Virus record (IMG/VR): IMGVR_UViG_2617270960_000007
DNA from: a virus
Lineage: Duplodnaviria; Heunggongvirae; Uroviricota; Caudoviricetes
Reading direction: 5' to 3' (one strand)
Length of the DNA stretch: 38,248 nt
The notes below the pieces were generated by a model. It had not been told where the DNA came from. It saw nothing but the letters and a program-made list of their open reading frames with translations, and did no database searches. Position 1 is the first letter of the stretch. The number at the start of each line of letters is the position of its first letter. Made by a program: the position numbers and the translations under genes. Below are positions 24,403 through 34,216 of this stretch, piece after piece.

Positions 24403-26450
24403 CAGTGAAATACTACGCCATTCTGACTAATCAGGGCGCGGCACGACTGGCTAACGCGACGATGCTCGGCAGTAAGCTGAATCTGACGCAAATGGCCGTT
24501 GGTGATGCAAATGGTGTGTTACCAACACCAGACCCTGCACAAACAAAACTGATTAACCAGAAACGCATTGCGCCGCTGAATCTTCTGAGTGTTGACCCTA
24601 ACAATCAGAGCCAGATTATTGCGGAACAAATCATCCCTGAAAACGAGGGAGGATTCTGGATCCGTGAGATTGGTCTTTATGATGATGAAGGCGTACTTAT
24701 TGCGGTGGCAAACTGCCCGGAAACGTACAAACCGCAGTTGCAGGAAGGCAGTGGACGCACCCAGACTATCCGCATGATTCTGGTTGTCACGAACACCGAA
24801 GCCATCACGCTGAAAATCGACCCGTCTGTGGTTCTGGCAACCCGCAAATATGTGGATGACAAAATCTCAGAGCACGAACAGTCACGACGTCACCCGGACG
24901 CCTCGCTGACCGCAAAAGGTTTTACTCAGTTAAGCAGCGCAACCAACAGCACGTCTGAAACACTGGCCGCAACGCCGAAAGCGGTAAAGATCGCGTATGA
25001 CCTTGCTAATGGGAAATATACCGCACAGGACGCGACCACAGCACGAAAAGGCCTTGTTCAGCTCAGTAGCGCTACAAGCAGCACATCAGAAACGCAGGCT
25101 GCCACACCAAAGGCAGTGAAGGCGGCATATGACCTTGCAGCAGGTAAGGCACCTGTCAGTCACACGCACCCGTGGAGCCAGATAACGGATGTGCCTGCAG
25201 CTTCACTGACGGTAAAAGGCACCGTGCAACTCAGCAGCGCCACTAACAGCACGTCAGAAACGCAGGCTGCCACACCAAAGGCAGTGAAGGCGGCATATGA
25301 CCTTGCAGCAGGTAAGGCACCTGTCAGTCACACGCACCCGTGGAGCCAGATAACGGATGTGCCTGCAGCTTCACTGACGGTAAAAGGCACCGTGCAACTC
25401 AGCAGCGCCACTAACAGCACGTCAGAAACGCAGGCTGCCACACCAAAGGCAGTGAAGGCGGCATATGACCTTGCAGCAGGTAAGGCACCTGTCAGTCACA
25501 CGCACCCGTGGAGCCAGATAACGGATGTGCCTGCAGCTTCACTGACGGTAAAAGGCACCGTGCAACTCAGCAGCGCCACTAACAGCACGTCAGAAACGCA
25601 GGCTGCCACACCAAAAGCCGTGAAGGCTGTATATGACCTTGCCAATGGAAAACAACCTGCCGACGCCACACTGGCCGCACTGGCAGGCCTTGCCACTGCG
25701 GCAGACAAACTACCGTATTTTACGGGGAGTGATACAGCCAGCCTGACAACCCTGACTAATGTTGGGCGGGATATTCTGGCTAAAACAAGCAAACAGGAGG
25801 TTATTCATTATCTTGGTTTGGGAGCTACAAACGGATACGTGGGACGCTTGGTGAATACCCGGGTTTTCACGTCATCAGGTACGTACACCCCGACGCCAGG
25901 AACAAAACGGATCAGGGTCACAATAACGGGCGGCGGTGGCGGAGGGGGCGGCTGCAAGGCTATATCCAATAATGAAACGTTTTTCGGTGCTGGCGGTGGG
26001 GCCGGTGGAACAATAATTTCAATAATGACCCCGACACAGAATAGTTATCCAGTCACTATCGGCGCAGGTGGGGCCGGTGGTGTTAGTGCGACGTACGGCA
26101 TCAATGGCGGTAATAGCTTATTCGCATCGTTAATTGCTCCTGGTGGCGCAGGCGGCGGAAAGTCAGGAGTCACAAACACAAACGGTGGTAACGGAGGTGT
26201 GCCGAGTACTGGCGATATAAACATCATTGGTGGATGTGGAGGCGACGGTCAGTCCGGAAATATCGGCGTCAGCGGTGAAGGCGGAACATCGTACTGGGGT
26301 GGCGGTGGACGCGCAGGCGCTGGCGGTGGTGTTAGCGGCAAGGCATATGGTTCAGGTGGCGGTGGTGCATACGATGCCGGTTATAGCGGAACCAGTATGA
26401 CGGGCGGGAAAGGCGCTGCAGGGATTTGTATTATCGAGGAGTTTGCATAA
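24399..26450 (+). CDS. H: Tail fiber protein (P2 gpH family) with phage-fiber repeats and Gly-rich C-terminal domain
   Basis: 683 aa; conserved N-terminus MTVKYYAILTNQGAARLANA; repeated VQLSSATNSTSETQAATPKAVKAAYDLA units; C-terminal glycine-rich region. Confidence 0.9.
   Translation: MTVKYYAILTNQGAARLANATMLGSKLNLTQMAVGDANGVLPTPDPAQTKLINQKRIAPLNLLSVDPNNQSQIIAEQIIPENEGGFWIREIGLYDDEGVLIAVANCPETYKPQLQEGSGRTQTIRMILVVTNTEAITLKIDPSVVLATRKYVDDKISEHEQSRRHPDASLTAKGFTQLSSATNSTSETLAATPKAVKIAYDLANGKYTAQDATTARKGLVQLSSATSSTSETQAATPKAVKAAYDLAAGKAPVSHTHPWSQITDVPAASLTVKGTVQLSSATNSTSETQAATPKAVKAAYDLAAGKAPVSHTHPWSQITDVPAASLTVKGTVQLSSATNSTSETQAATPKAVKAAYDLAAGKAPVSHTHPWSQITDVPAASLTVKGTVQLSSATNSTSETQAATPKAVKAVYDLANGKQPADATLAALAGLATAADKLPYFTGSDTASLTTLTNVGRDILAKTSKQEVIHYLGLGATNGYVGRLVNTRVFTSSGTYTPTPGTKRIRVTITGGGGGGGGCKAISNNETFFGAGGGAGGTIISIMTPTQNSYPVTIGAGGAGGVSATYGINGGNSLFASLIAPGGAGGGKSGVTNTNGGNGGVPSTGDINIIGGCGGDGQSGNIGVSGEGGTSYWGGGGRAGAGGGVSGKAYGSGGGGAYDAGYSGTSMTGGKGAAGICIIEEFA
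25092..25615 (+). repeat. Perfect tandem repeat, 168-bp unit, about 3.1 copies, inside tail fiber gene
   Basis: ctgcagcttcactgacgg recurs at 25195, 25363 and 25531 (period 168 bp, 56 codons) with identical intervening sequence; diverged older copies 24900-25090. Confidence 0.85.
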
Positions 26451-26860
26451 TGAATGCGTCATATGCAGTTATTGAAAATGGGATGGTTGTGAATGTCATT
26501 GTCTGGGATGGCGAGGATGAATTCACTGTGCCGGATAATCTGCAGCTCATTAATATTTCTGATATCAGTGAGCAGCCCGGAATCGGCTGGGCGTATTCAG
26601 ACGGGGTATTTACTGCGCCGCTCCCTCCGGAACGTTCTCATGATGAACTGGTAGCTGACGCTGAACAGAAAAAACAGTCGTTGATAGACGCAGCAATGGT
26701 CAATATCAGCGTGATTCAGTTAAAGCTGCAGGCCGGGCGCAAACTGACGCAAGAAGAAACTACCCGACTTAACGTTGTGCTGGATTATATCGACGCTGTG
26801 ACGGCAACAGATACCAGCACCGCACCGGATGTCATCTGGCCTGAACTGCCGGAGGCGTAG
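26450..26860 (+). CDS. G: Tail fiber assembly chaperone (gpG/Tfa-like)
   Basis: ATG overlapping H stop (TAATG); about 136 aa starting MNASYAVIENGMVVNVIVWDG; position after H. Confidence 0.7.
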   Translation: MNASYAVIENGMVVNVIVWDGEDEFTVPDNLQLINISDISEQPGIGWAYSDGVFTAPLPPERSHDELVADAEQKKQSLIDAAMVNISVIQLKLQAGRKLTQEETTRLNVVLDYIDAVTATDTSTAPDVIWPELPEA

Positions 26861-26947
26861 GCTATTCTCCTGCTCCCTGATAAGAAATTTTAATCTTCTC
26901 AGGAGGAATACGTTTTATCAGCTCCAGAGAAACACTTTCAGAAAGAA

Positions 26948-26974
26948 CCGCTAATCTGACCATTAGCGGTTTTG
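26948..26974. terminator. Bidirectional terminator hairpin between convergent tfa and gpU
   Basis: ccgctaat-ctgacc-attagcgg followed by tttt on plus strand and by ttcttt on minus strand. Confidence 0.55.
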
Positions 26975-26980
26975 CGTTAA

Positions 26981-27475
26981 TCAGAACAGCCCTTTAACTG
27001 AACTGGCCGCGCTGTTAAGAGATGATGTCACCTTATCTTTGAAGCCGGACAGCATATCGCTGAACGATGAGGATTGCAGGCGTTCCCGCAAATCCTCATC
27101 ACAGCGTTCAAGGGTTAGTGAAAATTCTATCTTTTTCGCCTTACCGTAGCGATCAAACTCGGAACGGGTCGTATTCGTTCCGGTCAGGACATACATGCCG
27201 TAAATCTGCCCGACGCCATCAATCAAAGGCCAGGGTCGTCCTGTATACGCCTGCGTGGTCAGCAGCGACAGCGACACTTCGCCACCTGTAATTTCAGGAT
27301 AAAGCACACCAGAAAGAACGATGCGATCATCACCTGCACCGATATACTGCCAGCTTGCTGAACGGTTAACGCGTTCATTTTTCACATGCCGCCAGCTTTT
27401 GTGTTGCTGTAACTGCTGATGCGGCAGCGTGCGCAGCTCAAAAACAAACATGCCGTAGATCATCATCATGGCCAT
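26981..27475 (-). CDS. U: Tail protein U (P2 gpU family)
   Basis: 164 aa; immediately downstream (minus strand) of tape measure. Confidence 0.8.
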   Translation of the reverse strand: MAMMMIYGMFVFELRTLPHQQLQQHKSWRHVKNERVNRSASWQYIGAGDDRIVLSGVLYPEITGGEVSLSLLTTQAYTGRPWPLIDGVGQIYGMYVLTGTNTTRSEFDRYGKAKKIEFSLTLERCDEDLRERLQSSSFSDMLSGFKDKVTSSLNSAASSVKGLF

Positions 27476-27481
27476 GACTCC

Positions 27482-30298
27482 TCAATCTTTATCGTAAAAA
27501 CTGCCACGCCCGGCACGGGCGCGCCGTTCCATTTCTGCCCTGACCATTTCACCGACCAGTTTCGCCAGTTCGCGGGGATTCTGCGTAACAACGTTATGCA
27601 GATGAACATGAATTTCACCGCCAAATCCTGAGGCAACAGGTTCCCGGTTACGCGAAGGTGTTGGGGCTGATGCCACTGGCGATCGTATGGCCTCCGCCAC
27701 CGGGCGGGAGCTGGCCGCAACAACAGGGACCAGCGCCGGAGGCAGCGGGGCCGGAACCACAGGCGTGATATTAATTGCGGGGGCAGGCTTACTGACCTGC
27801 GCAATCTTCCGCTCCTGCCACTCCCCACGAACGGCAAGTGCGCGGGGCAGGTTCTTAAAGACAATATCGCCGGGGCCAATGCGTTTTTTCGTCTCATCAA
27901 CCAGCTTACCTGTGTTATCAGCAATTTTGCTGAGCCTGCGTAGCGTACCGGTATTGCTGTCTGTGAGCGGTTTATTATCTTTGGGTTTATCACCTCCGGT
28001 GCCATTGCCATTTTCTACAGGCTTCGGCGGATTGATTTTCGCCAGGTCCCCCTGAAGCAAGGCAACCTTGTCCTGGAGAATAGCCGCACGCTGTGCGTCT
28101 TCGATTTTCTTTCTCGCCCTTTCCGCTTCATCCGGAAGCACACCGAGTTTTTCAAGTATCCACGCCAGCGTATCCAGCAACATTTTTGCAGGCGTCAGAA
28201 CAAGCTGTAACGCGCCACCAAGAACGTTACCGAATATCTCGCCAGCACTGGTACATTTATCCAGCGTTTCCTTGCTGGACTCCATCGGTGACAACAGCGA
28301 TTTAAACCAGTTAAACACCTGGCTGATCCCGCTTCCGATTGCGTCAAAAACAGGACCAAACCGTTCAAAGGTTTCGCGCAACGGGGTCAGCCTTTCCATA
28401 ATCCCGCTGAACACCCCGGCAAAAAATGCCCTGATGGGATCCCAGTATTTCCAGATGAGAACGGCAGCTCCGGCAAGCGCAGCCACGATAAGACCGACCG
28501 GACTGAACAACGCCCCGATAGCGCCCCCCAGTAACGAAACGGAACCCGTCACCATTCCCCATAGTGCTGGCAGGAGTCTGACAGCATTCATTGAACCAGT
28601 CAGGAGGGAAAAACCAAGACGCAGTTTTGCCAGTGGGCCAGCAAGCACACCAAGAGCAAGCGACAACGAGCCTACGGTTGCAGTCACTGCCAGCAGCGCA
28701 CCGCCTGCAATCAGTAGCTGGCGCGTCAGTACAGGATGGGCCTGCGCCAGTGCCGTCACCTTTGAGACCACCCGCGTTAGCCACTGCGTGACAGAACGCA
28801 GCGGACCGTCAACCAGATCACTGATGCGAATACGAAGACCTTCCCATGCGCTGTCGAGATTTTTCAGGTCGCCATCAAGGTTGTCGGCCATAACCTTTGC
28901 CGTGCGTTCAGCCTCACCGCGTGCGCCCTCAAGTTCTTTTCTCAGTTTGGGTAAGGAACCGTCCCCCGCCGCATCAACGAGTGCCATAAACGATGTGAAA
29001 GCCTCTTCCCCGGCGATGTCCTTAAAGAAGGATACCCGGTCAACTTCCCCGTATTTGCGGGTAGCTTTATAAAGGTCAGCCAGCAGATCTTCCATCGGGC
29101 GCATTTTGCCCCCGGCATCCGAGACGGACACGCCCAGCTCTTTCAGAGCTTCTGCCGCCGCCTTTGGCGGTGATGCCAGACGAGCCAGGCTGGCACGCAT
29201 TGCCGTCCCGGCATCACTCCCTCTGATGCCCATATTCGCCAGCACGCCCGCCATCGCTGCGGCCTGCTCCAGCGATATTCCCAGCTTACCCGCCACCGGA
29301 CCTGCATATTTCATGGTTTCGCCCAGTGCGCGAAGGTCAGTGTTGGTACGGGTAAACGCTGCGGTGAGTGTGTCACCGACCCGGTCCATCTGGTCAGCAG
29401 AAAGGCCGAACTGCGTCAGGATATTTGAGCCAATATCTGCCGTTTCGCCGAGATCCATACCGCCAGCCGTTGCCATGCTCAGTACGCCGGGAAGCGCAGC
29501 CTGAATGGCCTGCGGAGTGAAGCCAGCCATTGCAAGAAATGCCTGCCCACTGGCGGCATCGCCTGCAGTGAACTGCGTTTCAGAGCCAAGTTTTAACGCC
29601 TGCTCACGCAGCGCCTTAAACTGCGGGCTGTTTTTGTCGATTCGCGTCAGAGCCTGAACGCGGGACATCTCTTTCCCGAACCCAATCGCGGGCTGCAAAA
29701 AACGCCCGGCAGCATAGCCGCCCGCCGCTGCCGCACCTATAGCCAGTGCACCACCTGTTTTCAGTTTTCCCGCGGTTTCCTGCGCACGCGAATACCGCTC
29801 ACGCGCCCGCGTTACACGCGCAAGCGCCTGCCGTTCGTGTTCAAGCTGGTTGTTGTACTGTTCGGTGCGTCTGATGGCCTGCTGGATGGTGTTATCGCTG
29901 CCTGTCAGGGAAATGCCGTGGCGTTTCAGCTCTCCGCCAAGCTCCCGCATTTTCTGAATTTCCCGTGTGCGCGATTCATTCAGGCGTTCAAGCCGGGTGC
30001 TTAACTGCTGCATCAGCTTTTGTTGTTTTTCGCTGAGCACTGTACCCGTACGTTGTAACTGATTAAGGGCGTTAAGCTGGCGTCGTGCTTTCACGATACC
30101 CGTATCCGCTTTACTGACAGCGTCGCGGGCGCGCTCAAATGATCGCGCCTGACGCTCGAGATTTTTGATCGCCCCCTGCGTTCGCTGGATGGAGTCACCA
30201 AACTGCCCCATCAGGCGGCGGGCGTTTTCGGCAGGCCGGGTCAGCCTGTCAACGGCGCTGAAAGCGACCCGGATATCAAGAGTCTTCATTATCTGCAT
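27482..30298 (-). CDS. T: Tail tape measure protein (P2 gpT family)
   Basis: 938 aa; long coiled-coil N-terminus, multiple hydrophobic/Gly-Ala-rich central segments; follows E/E-prime. Confidence 0.9.
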   Translation of the reverse strand: MQIMKTLDIRVAFSAVDRLTRPAENARRLMGQFGDSIQRTQGAIKNLERQARSFERARDAVSKADTGIVKARRQLNALNQLQRTGTVLSEKQQKLMQQLSTRLERLNESRTREIQKMRELGGELKRHGISLTGSDNTIQQAIRRTEQYNNQLEHERQALARVTRARERYSRAQETAGKLKTGGALAIGAAAAGGYAAGRFLQPAIGFGKEMSRVQALTRIDKNSPQFKALREQALKLGSETQFTAGDAASGQAFLAMAGFTPQAIQAALPGVLSMATAGGMDLGETADIGSNILTQFGLSADQMDRVGDTLTAAFTRTNTDLRALGETMKYAGPVAGKLGISLEQAAAMAGVLANMGIRGSDAGTAMRASLARLASPPKAAAEALKELGVSVSDAGGKMRPMEDLLADLYKATRKYGEVDRVSFFKDIAGEEAFTSFMALVDAAGDGSLPKLRKELEGARGEAERTAKVMADNLDGDLKNLDSAWEGLRIRISDLVDGPLRSVTQWLTRVVSKVTALAQAHPVLTRQLLIAGGALLAVTATVGSLSLALGVLAGPLAKLRLGFSLLTGSMNAVRLLPALWGMVTGSVSLLGGAIGALFSPVGLIVAALAGAAVLIWKYWDPIRAFFAGVFSGIMERLTPLRETFERFGPVFDAIGSGISQVFNWFKSLLSPMESSKETLDKCTSAGEIFGNVLGGALQLVLTPAKMLLDTLAWILEKLGVLPDEAERARKKIEDAQRAAILQDKVALLQGDLAKINPPKPVENGNGTGGDKPKDNKPLTDSNTGTLRRLSKIADNTGKLVDETKKRIGPGDIVFKNLPRALAVRGEWQERKIAQVSKPAPAINITPVVPAPLPPALVPVVAASSRPVAEAIRSPVASAPTPSRNREPVASGFGGEIHVHLHNVVTQNPRELAKLVGEMVRAEMERRARAGRGSFYDKD

Positions 30299-30799
30299 TC
30301 CCGCTGCGAAGTGCCGCCCGCTCGCGCCAGCTAACCACTTCGCCGGGCGTCATCATGAAGATTTCGGCGGGCGACCAGTTAAAAATGGCGGCAATATCCG
30401 CCACAAAGTCTTCTATGTGCTCAAAGCACACAACCGTGATCAGGCTTCCGTCGCCTGTTCGTTCTTCCCGCCAGAGTCCGCACCGCTCAAAAAATTTACG
30501 GCAACCACACATAACTGAATAAAGTCACGGGATGCCATTTTTTTGATCGTCACTTCATCCAGTCGCGGTGATGTCACGCGTGACAGCAGCGTAAACATGG
30601 ATTCCGCTTTCAGATTCAGCACATCAGACAGCGACAAATCTCGCAGAGATCCAGCCTGCTCAATAGCCCCGGTGATCTCCACATACGTGATTTTTTCGCC
30701 GCCTCGCTCAATTGGTTGGGTAAGTTTTACGCCACGCTCACTGGTTTCTTTCACAGTGTCAGTAACTACCGTGTTATCGATGTTTTTCGTCTCTTTCAT
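30276..30799 (-). CDS. E: Tail assembly chaperones E and E+E-prime (programmed -1 frameshift)
   Basis: E frame 30440-30799; overlapping -1 frame ORF 30276-30512; slippery heptamer TTTTTTG on minus strand at 30488-30494 where the two frames overlap, as at the P2 E/E-prime site. Confidence 0.65.
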
Positions 30800-30853
30800 C
30801 AGGAAACTCCTTTCAGTCAGAGGCGACGCACTGCGCCGCCTGCATATTACTTA

Positions 30854-31366
30854 TCAGCCAAGCCCAAGCGCGGAACGGATGCGATCGGGCACAATGTCCT
30901 TGCCGTCCTTCCGGTAAATGAAGTTCAGTAGGTCAATCTCCCACAACGGGCGATCGTTAACACTCAGCTTGTAGTAGGTGTTTTTAATGGCGTAAGTGTG
31001 TGATGTGGCTTCGCCCTGTTTGGCTTCCCCCATATCAATTTCCGTCACACGTCCGCGCATTTCGACTTCATACAGGTCGCTTTCTGCATCGGTGTAGTAT
31101 TCACCCGCAAAACGCAGCAGCGTGCCGTCAATCGTGCCGCCATACTTAAGGAACAGCTCACGAACTGCGCCCCCCATGACAAAGCTCGCATCAAGCGCGG
31201 AGTCGTCCAGGCCGAGATCAATACTTACCGCCCCCATCATGCCACCACCCCGGTAGCTGTCGGTTTTGCGCGTCAGCTTAGGCAAAGTGACGGACGTCAC
31301 CTTACCCACTTCGTTTTCACCATCCACAAACAGCGTAAAAAAGCGAAGATGTTTTGGCACAGCCAT
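30854..31366 (-). CDS. FII: Tail tube protein (P2 gpFII family)
   Basis: 170 aa; adjacent to sheath gene. Confidence 0.85.
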   Translation of the reverse strand: MAVPKHLRFFTLFVDGENEVGKVTSVTLPKLTRKTDSYRGGGMMGAVSIDLGLDDSALDASFVMGGAVRELFLKYGGTIDGTLLRFAGEYYTDAESDLYEVEMRGRVTEIDMGEAKQGEATSHTYAIKNTYYKLSVNDRPLWEIDLLNFIYRKDGKDIVPDRIRSALGLG

Positions 31367-32550
31367 CAGGCACCTCCCAGCACCGCAAATGCGGGTTCAA
31401 AGTATTCATCAGTAAACGTCTGGTAAAGCTCCATGTCTTCCAGTGGCGGAACGGGCGTATATTTGTAGCGAATACGCACACGCCCCTGACGTAAATCCGT
31501 GGTGCTGTTATCCACCACGTCATACCAGCACTCCGCGCCAATCAGTTTCCCGGCAGTCACCAGTGAATCCAGTTTTGCCCTGATGGCACTGATAACATCC
31601 TTCACGTTCGCAGGCGTCAGTGGACTGTCGATGGTTTCAAACTGCGCTTCCGCAATTGAATCAGCCAGCACCTGTGCGGTTCGGGTATACACCTCAAAGA
31701 TGTAGGCGTTCGTTTCCGGTGTGCGGTTGCCCCAGAAGCGGAACCCGTTGCGACGAATAATGGTCGTGATTTCTTTGTTGTTGAGGCTGTTGGCATCGCT
31801 GTCTTCGGCCTGCAACGACCAGAACACATGCCTCGACATCCCCAGCACATTTTTAACCGGAACGTTGGACAATGATTTGTGCCAGCCCTGCTCATGGTCA
31901 ATGTACGCACGAAGGCCGCACGCATAGGCAGGCGCGGGGAACGTTTCGTTTTTGCCACTTTTCGGGTTGTAGGCGATGAAGTCCGGCCATAAGAGCATCA
32001 CCTCACGTTCGTTGAATTTCTGGCGGTAGGTAATCGCCTCAGCCATCGTGTTACAGCCGTGACATGAGGCATACACAAACGCGCGCAGTTTACCTGCAAT
32101 CACGCACAGGGATTTTGTTACAGCCTCCGTGTCCAGCTCCGGCGCGGCCAGAATACGCGGACGGTATCCGATGCTTTCATCCTGCTCTGCAACAAGCAGC
32201 GCATACATCCCCGTATAGCTGCCGTCATCCTCAGAACCACCGATAACCAGTTGATCCTGCGTCTTTCCGTCTTCTTCTTTGTGTTCAGCCACGCGAACGA
32301 CGACCACCTTTGTGCTCACCTGGTCTGCGATGGCCTTAAGCGCACGATAAAGCGTCCCCGTTGTCCCGCATTTTCCCAGCACATCATTGACGCGGGTCAG
32401 CAGTGTGGGCTTGTTCAGCGGGAACAGCTCCGCGTCCGCATCATCCGCCGTTGCCACGATACCGATAACGCTGGAATCAACATCGTTAATCGCTGTTACC
32501 AGGTCGGTATTTTCCGTAACACGGGCACCATGAAAACGAGTTTCACTCAT
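31366..32550 (-). CDS. FI: Contractile tail sheath protein (P2 gpFI family)
   Basis: 394 aa, matching P2 FI size; FI-FII-E-T-U order. Confidence 0.9.
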   Translation of the reverse strand: MSETRFHGARVTENTDLVTAINDVDSSVIGIVATADDADAELFPLNKPTLLTRVNDVLGKCGTTGTLYRALKAIADQVSTKVVVVRVAEHKEEDGKTQDQLVIGGSEDDGSYTGMYALLVAEQDESIGYRPRILAAPELDTEAVTKSLCVIAGKLRAFVYASCHGCNTMAEAITYRQKFNEREVMLLWPDFIAYNPKSGKNETFPAPAYACGLRAYIDHEQGWHKSLSNVPVKNVLGMSRHVFWSLQAEDSDANSLNNKEITTIIRRNGFRFWGNRTPETNAYIFEVYTRTAQVLADSIAEAQFETIDSPLTPANVKDVISAIRAKLDSLVTAGKLIGAECWYDVVDNSTTDLRQGRVRIRYKYTPVPPLEDMELYQTFTDEYFEPAFAVLGGA

Positions 32551-32707
32551 AGCTTCAGCCCCTTGTATCCGTTAAATGATTCGGCAACAATCATCACCCA
32601 CCACGCGCGTAATCTCACCCCTGCGCCGTTCTCCCGACCCGGCGACAACAAAAAGCAGTAACCCCCTCTGCACGCACATGCGACCATGCCGCACAGGGAG
32701 GGAACAG

Positions 32708-33817
32708 ATGACCGACACCACCATGCAATTGCTCAGTCAGGGCACAGACCCCGTGAAAATGCCAGATTTTGATATTCTCGCGGAGGGTAAAACGCTGTCA
32801 GGCGTGGCAGAGCGCCTGATGAGCCTGTCACTGACCGACAACCGGGGATTTGAGGCGGACCAGCTCACCATCACGCTGGATGATGCGGATGGTCAGTTGC
32901 AGCTACCGCCACGGGGCGCGCGCCTGACGGTTCTCATTGGCTGGAAAGGAGAACCGCTGACAGAAAAAGGCACTTACATTGTTGATGAAATCGCTCACGA
33001 AGGACCGCCGGACAGGCTGACTGTTTCAGCCAGAAGCGCAGATTTTCGGGATGAATTTAACGTTAAACGTGAAGTGTCCTGGCATGATGTGACCGTTGAG
33101 CGCGTGGTATCCGCCATCGCTCATCGGTACGGCCTGAAACCGCAAATCAGCGAAATGCTGATGGATATCGAAATCGACCACGCCGACCAGACCGAAGAAA
33201 GCGACATGTCCTTCCTCACGCGCATGGCGGAAATGCTGGGCGCAATCACCACGGTAAAAAGCGGTAACCTGTTATTCATCATGCCCGGCGGTGGCGTGAA
33301 CGCACAGGGCCAGCCGTTGCCCTCGTTCGCCATCACACGCAGCAGCGGCGATCGCCATCAGTTCCGCATTGCTGACCGCGAAGCGTATACGGGGGTACGC
33401 GCTTACTGGCTTGATCTTAATTACGGGAAAAAGAAAAAAGTCAGCGTGAAACGCCGCAAACCGCCAAAACCCAAAAAGGAGAAAAGCAGCAGCCGTGAAG
33501 GTGATTATATGGAAGGCGCAGAAGGCAATGTGTTTGTGTTACGCAAGACTTATCAGAACGAGCAGGCAGCAAGACGCGCAGCGGCGGCAAAGTGGCAGCA
33601 GCTACAACGCGGAGCCGCATCATTTTCCATCACGCTGGCGCGTGGACGTGCAGAACTCTACCCCGAAATGCATGGCACGGTAACAGGATTTAAAAGCGAG
33701 ATTGATAATCAGGACTGGATTATTGCAAAAGCCGAGCACACTATTGATGACAGTGGCTTTACCACACAGCTTGAGCTTGAAGCAAAAATCCCGGAATGGA
33801 TAGCGGAAACAGAATGA
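32708..33817 (+). CDS. D: Tail protein D / late control gene D family
   Basis: ATG at 32708 with GGGAGGG SD; about 369 aa; lysine-rich low-complexity insert KKKKVSVKRRKPPKPKKEKSS; precedes ogr region. Confidence 0.85.
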   Translation: MTDTTMQLLSQGTDPVKMPDFDILAEGKTLSGVAERLMSLSLTDNRGFEADQLTITLDDADGQLQLPPRGARLTVLIGWKGEPLTEKGTYIVDEIAHEGPPDRLTVSARSADFRDEFNVKREVSWHDVTVERVVSAIAHRYGLKPQISEMLMDIEIDHADQTEESDMSFLTRMAEMLGAITTVKSGNLLFIMPGGGVNAQGQPLPSFAITRSSGDRHQFRIADREAYTGVRAYWLDLNYGKKKKVSVKRRKPPKPKKEKSSSREGDYMEGAEGNVFVLRKTYQNEQAARRAAAAKWQQLQRGAASFSITLARGRAELYPEMHGTVTGFKSEIDNQDWIIAKAEHTIDDSGFTTQLELEAKIPEWIAETE

Positions 33818-34216
33818 GCAAATTAGATGTATTGACTCAAACCAGAACTGACACACTCACAGCACAGTGCCAGACCCAATCTGGCAGCCCGCTTTGTGCC
33901 TAGAGCAGGTGTTGCTTATGTAACAGTTAATCCACGGATAGTGGTCATGAATGCTGGTTGAAGTTGTATTGCCATGAGTGGTCAATTAGGGACTCACTTA
34001 TTATCGCGTGCTCACCATTGATGGGTAAGATCATGCATTTCGGCTACTGTACTTCGCGAATCCTCCACACACAGGCAACACCTGATTTAAGAACAGAGGG
34101 AGATGATGACGCAAGGAAGATTTATTATCGTGCATGTGGCAGATGATCTTTTAGCTGCCGGAGTGATAAATTACACCTATTTTCGATAAGTGTTTTTGTT
34201 ATAGAACATTAATTTC

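Noticed and set aside
24890-25660. Regularly spaced identical repeats that could superficially suggest a CRISPR array
   Set aside because: The unit is 168 bp with no spacer/repeat alternation and lies in-frame inside the tail fiber gene, where it encodes a protein repeat; no cas genes are present.
28068-29504. Plus-strand ORFs of 334 aa and 132 aa (Ser/Ala/Pro-rich) opposite the tape measure gene
   Set aside because: Antisense to the 938-aa tape measure protein; low-complexity composition indicates frame artefact.
26981-32550. Possibility that the inverted tail module is a site-specific invertible segment (Gin/Cin/Hin-type switch)
   Set aside because: No invertase gene and no obvious inverted repeats at the two junctions; the segment carries essential structural genes rather than alternative tail-fiber exons.
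33958-34146. 62-aa ORF in the AT-rich leader upstream of the SEC-C protein gene
   Set aside because: No SD and an AT-rich low-information frame; more likely promoter/leader DNA.
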